Assembly (NCBI GenBank): GCA_043767805.1
Contig: JAYUGC010000134.1
Coordinates: 1 to 57,697, forward strand
Length of the DNA: 57,697 bases
Source: Pseudomonadota bacterium
GTDB lineage: Bacteria > Bdellovibrionota > FAC87 > UBA2466
Direction: 5' to 3'
A program made the position numbers and the translations under genes. The notes beneath the pieces are model-generated. The model was given only the letters and a program-made list of their open reading frames with translations. It ran no database searches and was not told where the DNA came from. Of the stretch, positions 39,825 through 49,704 are shown in pieces (positions within the stretch are counted from its first letter, which is position 1; each line of letters begins with the position of its first letter).

Positions 39825-40704
39825 CGATGACCCTCCAAAAATCCGCGTCTCTGCGAAACGAAAGCTCGAAGCCCGGCACTTGGCGCACGAGCTGCACCAA
39901 GCGCTCCATCAAAGCGGAAGCTAACGACGAGTCGGAAAGTAAGAACGTGTGCACGAGCGCCCGGGCGAGTTCGCCCGGGCCGAGCGCGCGCACCTGCACT
40001 TCACTGGATTGCCGGAGCCAATAAAACCCCGCGAGCGGCGCCGGCTTATCGATTCTATCCCTGTCAAAGCGCGCCTGGCCGAGCAGCGCCGGCTCGACGG
40101 TGGCGCCGAGCTCTCCCACCCGGATCAAATTAATGTCGTCTCCCAAAACCACGCGGTTTCCGGCAAACGAAGCGATGGTGGATTTCCCCGCGCCGGAGTG
40201 GCCGAGAAACACGTGCGCCCTTCCGTCATTCCCGATCACGGCCGCCGAATGCGCCACGAGCGCGCCCCGAGAGAGCAACGCGGGAGGCAGAAACCAGCGG
40301 AGCGCATTGAAGAGCCCATCGGAGCTGTCGGCCTTCGCCGCAATCACCGCTTCGCGCGGGCTCAAACGGCGCGCGACGAAATCGCGCTGGAGCACCATAT
40401 CGCCACGCACTTCAAAGCCCGGATCGGGATCTTCGTCGAACTCGACGTCGCCTCCGGTCCAGAGGCGATGAGCGTCCTGCCAATGGAGCGAAAGCGCCGG
40501 CTCGGCCTCGCGAAGCCAAGCCATCGGTAAACGTCCCCGCGCGAACTCGAGCGAGGCCCGGTGGTCGAAGGCAAAACGGAGGGGCACGCCATGATACAGG
40601 CAATAAAAATGCGGCGCGGACCCGAGCGGCGTCAGGTGCTGCGCGAGCTTGCGCTTACCCGGGCGAGAGGACGCTTCGGGAAGTCGAATAATTTCCGGCA
40701 CCAA
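39817..40704 (-). CDS. HprK-related kinase (P-loop; ScmC/PadeK-like)
   Basis: AHSAAV, GHSGAGKSTIA (Walker A) and VLGDD motifs of the HPr-kinase superfamily. Start is TTG 40704 or GTG 40701. Confidence 0.8.
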   Translation of the reverse strand: MVPEIIRLPEASSRPGKRKLAQHLTPLGSAPHFYCLYHGVPLRFAFDHRASLEFARGRLPMAWLREAEPALSLHWQDAHRLWTGGDVEFDEDPDPGFEVRGDMVLQRDFVARRLSPREAVIAAKADSSDGLFNALRWFLPPALLSRGALVAHSAAVIGNDGRAHVFLGHSGAGKSTIASFAGNRVVLGDDINLIRVGELGATVEPALLGQARFDRDRIDKPAPLAGFYWLRQSSEVQVRALGPGELARALVHTFLLSDSSLASALMERLVQLVRQVPGFELSFRRDADFWRVIDG

Positions 40705-40790
40705 ACCATTATAGGCGGGGCGGGCTCAAGATACTAATGCGACGCATCACACACCTTCATCCCAAACCGTTTTTAAGCCGAAACGTAGGG

Positions 40791-41846
40791 GTGAGGACCC
40801 AGTTAATATCATGGATCTTAATCGCGCTGCCAACGTGGGCTCACGCCCGCGAGCCCTCGATTTCCGACTGGATCGCCCATCTTGGTCTCGATTCTTGTGC
40901 CACCCACTACCCATCGCTCATGCCCTCGAGCCCGCTGGCGGAAGCCGTTCGTTCTTCCTGGGGCGGGAAAAAGCATTTACCGCTCGATCCCGAAATTGAA
41001 ATCTTACGGCGGGTAAACTTCGAGGATTGGGCGCAAATTCCTAGCAGCTCTCGCCAGAGGCTCTTCGGCGATGAGAGCATCAAGGCCTGGCAGAACGCCA
41101 AGCAGTTTGCCGAAGCTCACGCAAGCGACGCGGAACTCGGGCCGGATCTACTGAAAAAAATGCATTTGCTCGCCCTCGAAGGTCATTACTTCGCCGGTTA
41201 TGAGCGGCGCCGGATCCAGCACGCCACCCAGCAAGGAAAACTTTCCGCCAGCGCGGGCATGAAACTTCTCGAGGAAATAAAGGAAGGGCAAAAGCCCCTT
41301 CCTTCCGGAACCGATCACAGAAGTCTGCGGGGCGTTTTTCGCAAAGATCCTTTGGATGCTTTCGTGCAAAACGGCAGGCATGTCCTTCCCAACGGCTCCC
41401 GCTATTTTACAGCGTCCGAGTTGGCTCAGATCAGGAAAAACCCGTTCTTGAAAGTGGACGAGGGCTCCTTCAAGGACATCGGCGAAGGCAGGTTTACCGG
41501 CAACGTCCATTTCGTAGCTCCCGCGGAATTGGAAAAAGCCGTGAACAGCGTCTTCAAAACTCTCGAGACGGATCTCAAGGGCGCCAAAGACGATCTAGCC
41601 AAGATAAGCGCCATCGTCCGGTTCCGAAGAGAGATGCTTACCATCCATCCGTTCCTGGACGGCAACGGCCGCTCGATACGGCTCTTTGCGGACTTGCTCT
41701 ACTTACGCCATGGCTTTCCGCCGCCGCTGACGTTTCACGAGAACGATCTCATCATCAGCCAGGAAGAGGATGTGAAGAGCACGTTAATCGGAATGCAACT
41801 CTACCTGATGGCTCTCGATAAAAAGGCCTCTACCGAAAAACGCTAA
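40791..41846 (+). CDS. Fic-domain protein with a predicted signal peptide
   Basis: Canonical motif HPFLDGNGRSIR. From GTG 40791 the N-terminus reads MRTQLISWILIALPTWAHA/RE (AxA site); alternative start at 40737. Confidence 0.85.
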   Translation: MRTQLISWILIALPTWAHAREPSISDWIAHLGLDSCATHYPSLMPSSPLAEAVRSSWGGKKHLPLDPEIEILRRVNFEDWAQIPSSSRQRLFGDESIKAWQNAKQFAEAHASDAELGPDLLKKMHLLALEGHYFAGYERRRIQHATQQGKLSASAGMKLLEEIKEGQKPLPSGTDHRSLRGVFRKDPLDAFVQNGRHVLPNGSRYFTASELAQIRKNPFLKVDEGSFKDIGEGRFTGNVHFVAPAELEKAVNSVFKTLETDLKGAKDDLAKISAIVRFRREMLTIHPFLDGNGRSIRLFADLLYLRHGFPPPLTFHENDLIISQEEDVKSTLIGMQLYLMALDKKASTEKR

Positions 41847-43104
41847 TCAGCCCCTTCGGCTTACTTTTTCCGAGAGTAAGTACGGACTCTTTGCCGGGCT
41901 GGAAAATCCGCGCGGCCATGGCTTGTACCGAATCGGGAGTCACCCCTTCGATTTCGCGCACGATCTCCTCAACCGACAGATAGCGGCCGAACACGAGCTC
42001 GTTCCTACCGATGGACTCTTGCCGGGAATCCATCTCATCGGCCGCGAGCAGCACGGCCCCCTTAAGCTGTCCCTTCACCATCTCGAGATCTTTTTCCTCG
42101 AGCGGAGTTTCCACGAGGCGCAGAAGCTCTTTGGAGAGAATATCCATGCACTTGCCAAGCGATCGCGGCGAGGTATTCAGATACACGTCGAAAATCCCCG
42201 TGTCCGAGAACGAGATGCAATCGCAGTCGATGGAGTAAGCAAGCCCCGCCTTTTCGCGAATTTCCTGAAAGAGCCGGCTGCTCATCCCGCCGCCCAAGAA
42301 AAAGCTCACCATCAGGAGATCGAAGCGCCCCGTATCGCGAAAGCCCAGGCCTTCGAAACCGAGCAGCAGATGCGTCTGCTCGGTGGGCGCGCTGAGATGC
42401 CGGCGCTTCGATTGAAACTTGGGCCGTTTGGATTTTAGCGGCTTACCTTTTGGCGACGGTCCGAAGGCAAAGAGCCGCTCCACCGTTTCTCGCACCTGGT
42501 CGAACTCCACATTGCCGGCGACACTCAAGACCATGTTGTCGGGCCGGTAGTGCTGCTTGAAGTATTTGTAGAGCTGGTTACGGGTCGTTGCGAGAATGTT
42601 TTTGCGGTTTCCGATGACGGGAACGCCGAGCGGATCATCTTTCCAGACCGTTTGAAGATAGAGGTCGAGAATGCTGTCATCCGGGGCGTCTTCCAAAACG
42701 GAGAGCTCGTGGATGAGCACTTTCTTCTCGCGCTCGACTTCGTCTTTCGGAAAAGTCGCGTGAATGACCAGATCGGAGAGCACGTCGAGCGCGTTCTCCA
42801 GGTGCTCCGCGAGAACTGTCGCGTGATAGCAGGTATATTCCTTGTCTGTGAAGGCGTTGAGATCCCCGCCCAAGCGCTCCAACGAAGTCGCGATTTCCAG
42901 AGGAGTGCGAGTCGCGGTCCCTTTGAAGAGCATGTGCTCGACGAAGTGACTGTAACCCGCCTCTTTGATCTTCTCGAACCGGCTTCCCATGCGCACCCAG
43001 GCGCCGACGGAAACGCTGCGCACGCGCGCGTGTTTCTCGACCACGAGAGCTAGGCCGTTAGGAAGCGTATATTTCTTGAATTCCGGAGCGGGAAAATCCC
43101 ACAT
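41830..43104 (-). CDS. M16 (pitrilysin-like) zinc peptidase
   Basis: HFVEH inverted zinc motif, LNAFTDKEYT and GGGMSSRLFQEIRE; usual position after pnp. Confidence 0.93.
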   Translation of the reverse strand: MWDFPAPEFKKYTLPNGLALVVEKHARVRSVSVGAWVRMGSRFEKIKEAGYSHFVEHMLFKGTATRTPLEIATSLERLGGDLNAFTDKEYTCYHATVLAEHLENALDVLSDLVIHATFPKDEVEREKKVLIHELSVLEDAPDDSILDLYLQTVWKDDPLGVPVIGNRKNILATTRNQLYKYFKQHYRPDNMVLSVAGNVEFDQVRETVERLFAFGPSPKGKPLKSKRPKFQSKRRHLSAPTEQTHLLLGFEGLGFRDTGRFDLLMVSFFLGGGMSSRLFQEIREKAGLAYSIDCDCISFSDTGIFDVYLNTSPRSLGKCMDILSKELLRLVETPLEEKDLEMVKGQLKGAVLLAADEMDSRQESIGRNELVFGRYLSVEEIVREIEGVTPDSVQAMAARIFQPGKESVLTLGKSKPKGLISVFR

Positions 43105-43112
43105 GGGACGTT

Positions 43113-45446
43113 TCAGCGACCGCCGCGGAAGCCTCCGCCGCCGCCTCCGCGTCCACCGCCACCGCCGCGTCCGCCGCGATCTCCGCCGCCGCCACGACCA
43201 CCACGGAAGCCACCGCCTCCGCCGCTGCCGCCACGACCGCCGCGATCTCCACCGCCGCTACCGCCGCCGTATCCGCCGCCGCCTTCACCGCGGCCACCGC
43301 CACCGCCCTGGTCTTCCGACCCAGGAGGCGGTCCTTCCGAACCGTCATTGGGGAGGAGCGCTTTGCGGGATAGACGAATCTTGCCCTGAGGATCGACCTC
43401 GAGACATTTCACCTGAACGATGTCGCCTTCTTTGACGATGTCGTCCACCTGGCGGACCCGGTAATGGGCCAGCTCTGAAATGTGGCAAAGGCCATCCGTT
43501 CCGGGAATGATTTCGATGAACGCACCGAAATCGGCGATACGGGTAACCCGGCCTTCGTAGATTTTGCCTGGCTCGGGCTCTTCCGTGATCTGGTTGATGA
43601 TGTTCATCGCCTTCTGCGCGCTTTCGCCGTCAGAGGAAGCGATGTGAATCGTGCCGTCGTCTTCGATATCGATCTTAACGCCCGTGCGCTCGATGATGCT
43701 GCGAATAACCTTACCGCCCGACCCGATGACTTCGCGGACTTTGTCCGGGCGCACTTTCATGGTGAAGATGCGCGGCGAGTACTTGGAGAGCTCCGGCTGA
43801 TGCACGGAGATGGTTTTCGCCATCTCGCCGAGAATATGGAGCCGGCCTTCTTTAGCTTGGTCGAGGGCTTGTTCCATAATCTCGCGGCTGACGCCCGCGA
43901 TCTTAAGATCCATCTGGAACGCGGTGATACCGTCCGCCGTTCCGCACACTTTGAAGTCCATGTCTCCGAGATGATCCTCGTCGCCGAGAATGTCGGAAAG
44001 AACGGCGACTTTATCGCCTTCCTTGATGAGCCCCATCGCTACGCCCGCGACGGGCTTGGTAATCGGAACGCCGGCATCCATTAGCGCCATGGAACCGCTA
44101 CATACGGTCGCCATGGAAGAGGAGCCGTTCGACTCGAGGACTTCCGCCACCAAGCGAATGGTGTAGGGGAAAACTTCTTTCGACGGCACTACGTAGGAAA
44201 GCGCGCGCTCGGCGAGAACGCCGTGGCCGATTTCCCGGCGCCCTGGCGGCCGAAGCGGACGGGCTTCACCCACCGAGAACGGGGGGAAGTTGTAGTGCAG
44301 GAGAAACGTCTTCTGATACTGCCCGGCCAAAGCGTCAATCTTCTGCTCGTCGTCTTTGGTGCCGAGGGTAACCGTCGACAAGACTTGAGTCTCACCGCGC
44401 GTAAAGAGCGAGGAGCCGTGCACGCGGGGCAAGAGGCGGACTTCGCTCGAGATGGGGCGAATCTTGTTGTAAGCGCGTCCGTCGATGCGGGCTTTCGTAT
44501 CCAAGGTGAGCTCACGGGCGAAAGTCGCCTTCAGCTCTTCGAGGTACGTGCTAACGAGCTTGTTACGCGCGTTGTCTTCCGCCGTCTTGGGCTCGGCATT
44601 GGCGAACTTTTCCTTCGCGAGTTTCTTCACTTTATCGAGTGCGTTGTAACGCTCGAGTTTTTCGCGAACCGCGAAGGCGGTTTTGAAGGAAGGCCAGAGA
44701 GCCTCCTTCATTTTCGCCTTCATCGACTCGTCCCGAAGCGGCTTCGGGTAATCGCGCTTGGCCTTATTGCCGGTCTTGGCGCGCAAATCTTCCTGGAGCT
44801 GGAGAATGGGCTGAATCGCCTTGCGAGCGAACTCGAGGGCGTCCACCATTTCTTTTTCGGAAACTTCTTTAGAGAGGCCTTCCACCATCACGATGCCGTC
44901 TTTGATACCGGACACGATGATGTCCAACCGGCTGTCGACCAGCTGCTCGGGCGTCGGATTGGCGATGTACTGGCCATCGATGAGACCGATGCGCAGGCTT
45001 CCCACGGGACCCGCGAACGGAATGTCCGACATGTGCAGACAAGCCGAGGTGGCGATAGAGCCGAGAAGGCCGGGCTCGTTCACTCCGTCGTGAGACAGAA
45101 TGGTCACGGTCACGTTCGTCTCGTGCATGTAATCTTCAGGAAAGAGCGGCCGCATGGGCCGGTCGATAAGCCGTGCGGTGAGTGCCGCCATATCTGGCGG
45201 CTTCGCTTCGCGCTTGAAGAACCCGCCGGGGATACGGCCCGCGGCGTAAAACTTTTCTTGGTAGTCTACCGTGAGGGGGAAGAAATCCTGATTTTCCTTG
45301 GCGGTCTTCGCGGAGCAAATCGCGACGAGGACTGCGGTCTCACCACAACGGGCGAGAATGGACGCGTCGGCCTGCTTGGCCATCTTCCCGGTCTCAAGCG
45401 TTAATACACCTGCCCCGTAATCGACACTTAGTTCAATGACAGACAT
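43113..45446 (-). CDS. pnp: Polyribonucleotide nucleotidyltransferase with a Gly/Arg-rich tail
   Basis: FFPLTVDY, RREIGHG, SNGSSSMA, EDHLGDMDFKV, KH and S1 domains. Confidence 0.98.
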   Translation of the reverse strand: MSVIELSVDYGAGVLTLETGKMAKQADASILARCGETAVLVAICSAKTAKENQDFFPLTVDYQEKFYAAGRIPGGFFKREAKPPDMAALTARLIDRPMRPLFPEDYMHETNVTVTILSHDGVNEPGLLGSIATSACLHMSDIPFAGPVGSLRIGLIDGQYIANPTPEQLVDSRLDIIVSGIKDGIVMVEGLSKEVSEKEMVDALEFARKAIQPILQLQEDLRAKTGNKAKRDYPKPLRDESMKAKMKEALWPSFKTAFAVREKLERYNALDKVKKLAKEKFANAEPKTAEDNARNKLVSTYLEELKATFARELTLDTKARIDGRAYNKIRPISSEVRLLPRVHGSSLFTRGETQVLSTVTLGTKDDEQKIDALAGQYQKTFLLHYNFPPFSVGEARPLRPPGRREIGHGVLAERALSYVVPSKEVFPYTIRLVAEVLESNGSSSMATVCSGSMALMDAGVPITKPVAGVAMGLIKEGDKVAVLSDILGDEDHLGDMDFKVCGTADGITAFQMDLKIAGVSREIMEQALDQAKEGRLHILGEMAKTISVHQPELSKYSPRIFTMKVRPDKVREVIGSGGKVIRSIIERTGVKIDIEDDGTIHIASSDGESAQKAMNIINQITEEPEPGKIYEGRVTRIADFGAFIEIIPGTDGLCHISELAHYRVRQVDDIVKEGDIVQVKCLEVDPQGKIRLSRKALLPNDGSEGPPPGSEDQGGGGGRGEGGGGYGGGSGGGDRGGRGGSGGGGGFRGGRGGGGDRGGRGGGGGRGGGGGGFRGGR

Positions 45447-45502
45447 AGGTTTCCTTTTTCAATTTTCGATGGCAACGAAGGGCGGCAAAAAGACCGCAGC
45501 CG

Positions 45503-45772
45503 TTACTTTCTGATGTTCAATTTTTCGATGATCGCCTGGTACCGACTGACGTTGACCTTCTTCAAGTAGTCGAGAAGCCGTCGCCGGGTTCCGACCATCT
45601 TGAGAAGACCACGACGGGAGTGGTGGTCCTTCATGTGGCTCTTGAAATGGGGGGTCAAGGAGTTGATCCGCTCCGTCAAAAGCGCGACTTGGACTTCGGG
45701 AGACCCGGTGTCATTGGCGTGAACGGCGTGGGTCTTGATCAGCTCGTTCTTTTTTACCTTCTGGAGACTCAA
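45503..45772 (-). CDS. rpsO: 30S ribosomal protein S15
   Basis: [13 protein letters not shown] and [17 protein letters not shown] start with an AGAGG SD. Confidence 0.97.
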   Translation of the reverse strand: MSLQKVKKNELIKTHAVHANDTGSPEVQVALLTERINSLTPHFKSHMKDHHSRRGLLKMVGTRRRLLDYLKKVNVSRYQAIIEKLNIRK

Positions 45773-45793
45773 GGTTACCTCTGTTTATCCTTA

Positions 45794-46576
45794 TTAATTT
45801 ACGAAGCTATTACCACTGGACTGTGGCATTTGCAACGGATGGCCATCGGCAAATGGGGGGTTGCGGCGCAGTAGCCCTTCCCCACGCAAAAGCCGGACAT
45901 AATTGCGATATCCCTTTTCCATCCATTGGGGAATCGCTTCGGAAAGTTTCTCGACCGTGACCGCTTCCTCGAGGGTGAACTCCCCGCAGGAAAGGCGTCT
46001 CAACTGGTTCAGGTGACCGACCGTTCCGAGCCGGCGCGCCAGATCGTCGGCGAGGCTTCTGATGTAGGTCCCTTTGGAGCAGTGAACTTCGAACTCAATG
46101 TCCGGGAGGTTCATCGAAATCAGTTTCATCTCGTACAGCTGCACCGGAATGGGCTGGAGCCGGACTTTGATGTTTTGACGGGCCAGTTCGTAGAGGCGAA
46201 CGCCGTGCATCTTCTTGGCGCTGTACATGGGGGGCGTCTGGTGCCAGGTGCCCACGAAGCCTTCCAGGCATTCCCTTACTTGAACTTCGGTGAGCTCAGG
46301 CACGGGCTTATTCTCGTTCACTTCGCCGGTAAGGTCTTGGGTATCGGTCGCCTGACCGAGACGCACCAAAGCGCGGTAGCGCTTGTCGGCATTGAGTAAC
46401 GCGTTCGAAAGTTTCGTGGCTTTGCCAATAAGCAAAATCAAAGCGCCCGTGGCGAAAGGATCGAGACTTCCCGCGTGGCCGACCTTGTCGGCGCCGAGGA
46501 TCTTCTTCACGGTGCGAACCACGTCGAAACTCGTGGGGCCGATCGCTTTGTCGATAATTAAAAGGGACTCTCTCAT
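45794..46576 (-). CDS. truB: tRNA pseudouridine(55) synthase
   Basis: KVGHAGSLDPFATG, QTPPMYSAKK and CSKGTYIRSL. Confidence 0.96.
   Translation of the reverse strand: MRESLLIIDKAIGPTSFDVVRTVKKILGADKVGHAGSLDPFATGALILLIGKATKLSNALLNADKRYRALVRLGQATDTQDLTGEVNENKPVPELTEVQVRECLEGFVGTWHQTPPMYSAKKMHGVRLYELARQNIKVRLQPIPVQLYEMKLISMNLPDIEFEVHCSKGTYIRSLADDLARRLGTVGHLNQLRRLSCGEFTLEEAVTVEKLSEAIPQWMEKGYRNYVRLLRGEGLLRRNPPFADGHPLQMPQSSGNSFVN
45807..45835 (-). promoter_or_regulatory. Sigma70-like promoter for rpsO-pnp, embedded in the 3' end of truB
   Basis: TTGCAA-N17-TAATAG with an extended TG on the minus strand. Confidence 0.5.
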
Positions 46577-46938
46577 CCGGCCGCTCCCGAAGAAGGATCA
46601 GCCGATCCCACTCTTTCCAATAGTCCGAGAATATTATTCAGCTCGTCGGTGTGGGTATCCACTTCGAATACAAGCTCGGGGACCTGACGAAGACTCAGGT
46701 TCCGGCCGATGACCCGGCGAAAGAACGGGAGGGCGCGCACGATGCCCTTACCAATTTCTTTAATGTCGCCGAAACCGGGATGGAAGAACACTTTCGCGTG
46801 CTTCAAATCCGACGATAGCTCGACTTCCGTGATGGTGATGCCACGGACCTGAGGGTCCGCGATGTCTTCCACCAGAAGGCGCGCGATCTCCGACTGAATG
46901 AGGGACGCGACCCGGTTATTGCGACGAGGAGATGCCAT
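46573..46938 (-). CDS. rbfA: Ribosome-binding factor A
   Basis: RVASLIQSEIA, DPQV, TITEVELSSDLKHAKVF and LRQVPELVF; follows infB. Confidence 0.93.
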   Translation of the reverse strand: MASPRRNNRVASLIQSEIARLLVEDIADPQVRGITITEVELSSDLKHAKVFFHPGFGDIKEIGKGIVRALPFFRRVIGRNLSLRQVPELVFEVDTHTDELNNILGLLERVGSADPSSGAAG

Positions 46939-49652
46939 TAGAGTGAGCTCTTCACTTCCTCTTTAACGAACGCTTCGAAGCGATCGCCGGTCTTCACGTC
47001 GTTGAAATTCTCAACGCCGATACCGCACTCGTAACCCGTGGACACTTCCTTCACGTCGTCCTTGAACCGGCGGAGCGAAGACACTTTGCCTTCATAGACC
47101 ACTCGGCTGTCGCGCACCAAGCGCAGGAAACAGCCGCGGGTGACTTTGCCGTCGGTAACCGCGGAACCGGCGATGGTGCCGATCTTCGGGATAGTGAAGA
47201 CGTTGCGAACTTCGGCGTGCCCGATGACCGTCTCTTTAATGAGGCGATCGAGGAGGCCTTCCATGAGGTTCTTCACGTCATCGACGATTTCGTAAATGAT
47301 GGTGTAGGTGCGAAGTTCGACCTTGTCGGCTTCAGCCTTGCGCCGGGCATTGTTGTCCGGCTTCACGTTGAAGCCCAAGATAGCCGCGCGGCTCGCCATC
47401 GCGAGGTTCACGTCGCTTTCGGAAATACCGCCGGTCGCCGTGTGAAGGATTTTGAGCTTCACTTTGTCGTCGGGGATTTTCGAAAGGGCAACCTTGATGG
47501 CTTCCAGAGATCCGACCACGTCGGACTTCAGGATGAGACGGAGCTCTTTGGTGCCCGTGGTACCGACTGCCATCATCTCTTCCAAAGTCATCTTCGGACG
47601 ATCGAGGACGGTTTCGGACCGGGCCTTATCGGTGCGGGCTTCGATGATGGTGCGAGCGGTGCGATCGTCTTCGACGACCGCCATCTCTTCACCGACCGGC
47701 GCCGCATCGCTAAGACCTAAGATCTCGACGGGCGTGCTCGGTCCCGCTTCTTTCAGCGGTTTGCCGTACGCGTCATTCATGGCGCGGACTTTACCGACGG
47801 CCGTACCGGCGACGACGAGGTCTCCGAGCCGCAGGGTTCCCTGCTGCACGAGAACGGTCGCAAGCGAGCCGCGGTTCCTGTCCATCTTGCTCTCGATGAC
47901 GGTTCCACGCGCGGGGCACGTGAAGTTCGCTTTGAGCTCGAGGACTTCCGCCTGAACCAAAATAGAGTCGAGAAGTTCCGGAATGCCTTTGCCGGTTTTC
48001 GCGGAAACGCTCACGTAAATCGTGGTGCCGCCCCAGTCTTCAGGAGCGAGATCATGACCCGCAAGGACCTGCTTGATGCGGTCCGGGTTCGCGTCGGGCA
48101 AATCGGTTTTGTTCACCGCCACGACGATAGGCACGTTACCGGCCTTCGCGTGGGCAATGGACTCCAAGGTCTGGGGCATCACGCCGTCGACCGCCGATAC
48201 CACGAGGACCACGATGTCGGTGACCTTCGCGCCGCGGGCGCGCATGGCCGTGAACGCTTCATGACCGGGAGTATCGATGAAAGTGATCGTTCCCTTTTTG
48301 GGAAGGACGACCGAGTAAGCGCCGATGTGCTGGGTGATGCCGCCCGCCTCGCCGCTTGCCACATTCGCCTTGCGAATGGAGTCGAGGAGCGACGTCTTAC
48401 CATGATCCACGTGACCCATGATGGTGACGACAGGCCCGCGCGGAGAGAGGTTCTCGTCGGCGAGCTGGACCTTCGGAATGAAAGTCTCCTCTTTGAACAT
48501 CTCCTGCTTCACTTCGAACTTGAACTCGTGCGCCACGAGGATCGCGGTATCGTGATCGATGGCTTCGTTGAGCGACGCCTGAACACCCATTTCCATGAGC
48601 TTCTTGATGAGCTGCGTGCCTTTGATACCGAGCTGGTGGGCAAAGTCGGAAACCTTGATCTTCTCACCCATGTCGATCACGCGTTTTTTATCGCCCGGGA
48701 CGGTGATCATGGTCTTTTGCGCGGGACGCGAAGCGGTCTTGCGCTTCTTCGTCGCGTGCACGAGCTCGCGCTTCAGGTAATCGGCGCTGCGGAAAACGGT
48801 ATTTTGCTGACCCGTACGGCGCTTGTTGGCGACGTTAGCCACTTCCGTGGCGACGGGGCCCATGGTGACTTCTTTCACGCGGCGAAGTCCGCCGGCATCT
48901 TCTTCAGTGCCGGGCTTTTTCGCGGTCAAAGGCGCGGCGGGCCGCTTGGGCGGCGCTTCGCGCTTGGGACCGACCGTCGAGGTCAAATGACTTTCGACGG
49001 AGGACTTCTTGATGATGCTCGGGAAAGTGCGGCGTTTCGGCGCTTCGATGGTACCCGGCGTTGTCGGGAGCGCCGCGGTAAGCGGAGCCGAGATGACCGG
49101 CGCGGTAACTACCACGGGAGCGGGCTTCGAATCGGCTTTGCGCGGACGCGGAGGCGGCGGCATCACTTCTTCGATGCGCGTGCGCTTCACGATGGGCTTG
49201 TGCTCGAGCGGCTTTTTGGCCGCGGGCGCCGCGGGCGCCGCAACGACTTTTTCGGGAATGACGGGCTCGGGCGCCTCGTCTTCGACAGGGGCCCCGGCGG
49301 TGACCACTGGCTCTTCGATAGACTCAGGCTCGGGAGCGGCTTCCACTTCCACTGGAGCCGGCGTCTCCTCGGGAGCGGCGGCTTCCTCGCCTTTAGCGGC
49401 GACTCGGCGGCGAATGACTTTTCCACCCACTCGGGACTCCGTCACCGGGCCTTTGCCCGTGAGGATGGCGTCCTTCTTGTTGATGGCCCGGTGCTTTTCG
49501 TAGAACTCGCGGACGCTCTTGACCTCCTCGGAGCCCAGCACACTCATGGAGTTCTTTGTGTCGACCCCCAATCGTTTGCAGATTTCGAGCAGATACTGAT
49601 TGTCGATTCCCAGCTGTTTCGCGAGCTCGTAGACTTTTAGCTTAACCGTCAT
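46938..49652 (-). CDS. infB: Translation initiation factor IF-2
   Basis: [29 protein letters not shown] and [17 protein letters not shown]. Confidence 0.98.
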   Translation of the reverse strand: MTVKLKVYELAKQLGIDNQYLLEICKRLGVDTKNSMSVLGSEEVKSVREFYEKHRAINKKDAILTGKGPVTESRVGGKVIRRRVAAKGEEAAAPEETPAPVEVEAAPEPESIEEPVVTAGAPVEDEAPEPVIPEKVVAAPAAPAAKKPLEHKPIVKRTRIEEVMPPPPRPRKADSKPAPVVVTAPVISAPLTAALPTTPGTIEAPKRRTFPSIIKKSSVESHLTSTVGPKREAPPKRPAAPLTAKKPGTEEDAGGLRRVKEVTMGPVATEVANVANKRRTGQQNTVFRSADYLKRELVHATKKRKTASRPAQKTMITVPGDKKRVIDMGEKIKVSDFAHQLGIKGTQLIKKLMEMGVQASLNEAIDHDTAILVAHEFKFEVKQEMFKEETFIPKVQLADENLSPRGPVVTIMGHVDHGKTSLLDSIRKANVASGEAGGITQHIGAYSVVLPKKGTITFIDTPGHEAFTAMRARGAKVTDIVVLVVSAVDGVMPQTLESIAHAKAGNVPIVVAVNKTDLPDANPDRIKQVLAGHDLAPEDWGGTTIYVSVSAKTGKGIPELLDSILVQAEVLELKANFTCPARGTVIESKMDRNRGSLATVLVQQGTLRLGDLVVAGTAVGKVRAMNDAYGKPLKEAGPSTPVEILGLSDAAPVGEEMAVVEDDRTARTIIEARTDKARSETVLDRPKMTLEEMMAVGTTGTKELRLILKSDVVGSLEAIKVALSKIPDDKVKLKILHTATGGISESDVNLAMASRAAILGFNVKPDNNARRKAEADKVELRTYTIIYEIVDDVKNLMEGLLDRLIKETVIGHAEVRNVFTIPKIGTIAGSAVTDGKVTRGCFLRLVRDSRVVYEGKVSSLRRFKDDVKEVSTGYECGIGVENFNDVKTGDRFEAFVKEEVKSSL

Positions 49653-49704
49653 GCCTATCTAGTTTCCCTTCAAGAACACTCCCAGAGGAGTGCCCTAGTT
49701 CCCC

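Noticed and set aside
36971..40704. PQQ biosynthesis or lasso peptide cluster
   Set aside because: No pqqB/pqqC and no ExxxY core in the peptide; no asparagine-synthetase-like cyclase or B2 protease in the window.
43058..43348. Ala/Val-rich and Arg/His-rich ORFs over the pnp 3' end
   Set aside because: Alternative frames of the GGC-rich sequence encoding the PNPase Gly tail.
48054..49640. 528-aa + strand ORF, and similar long ORFs at 875-1795, 14038-15048, 44223-45404, 50014-51141 and 52893-53744
   Set aside because: Antisense shadows of conserved genes (infB, aceA, glpX, pnp, nusA, PBP1A) caused by GC-rich codon bias; no recognisable motifs.
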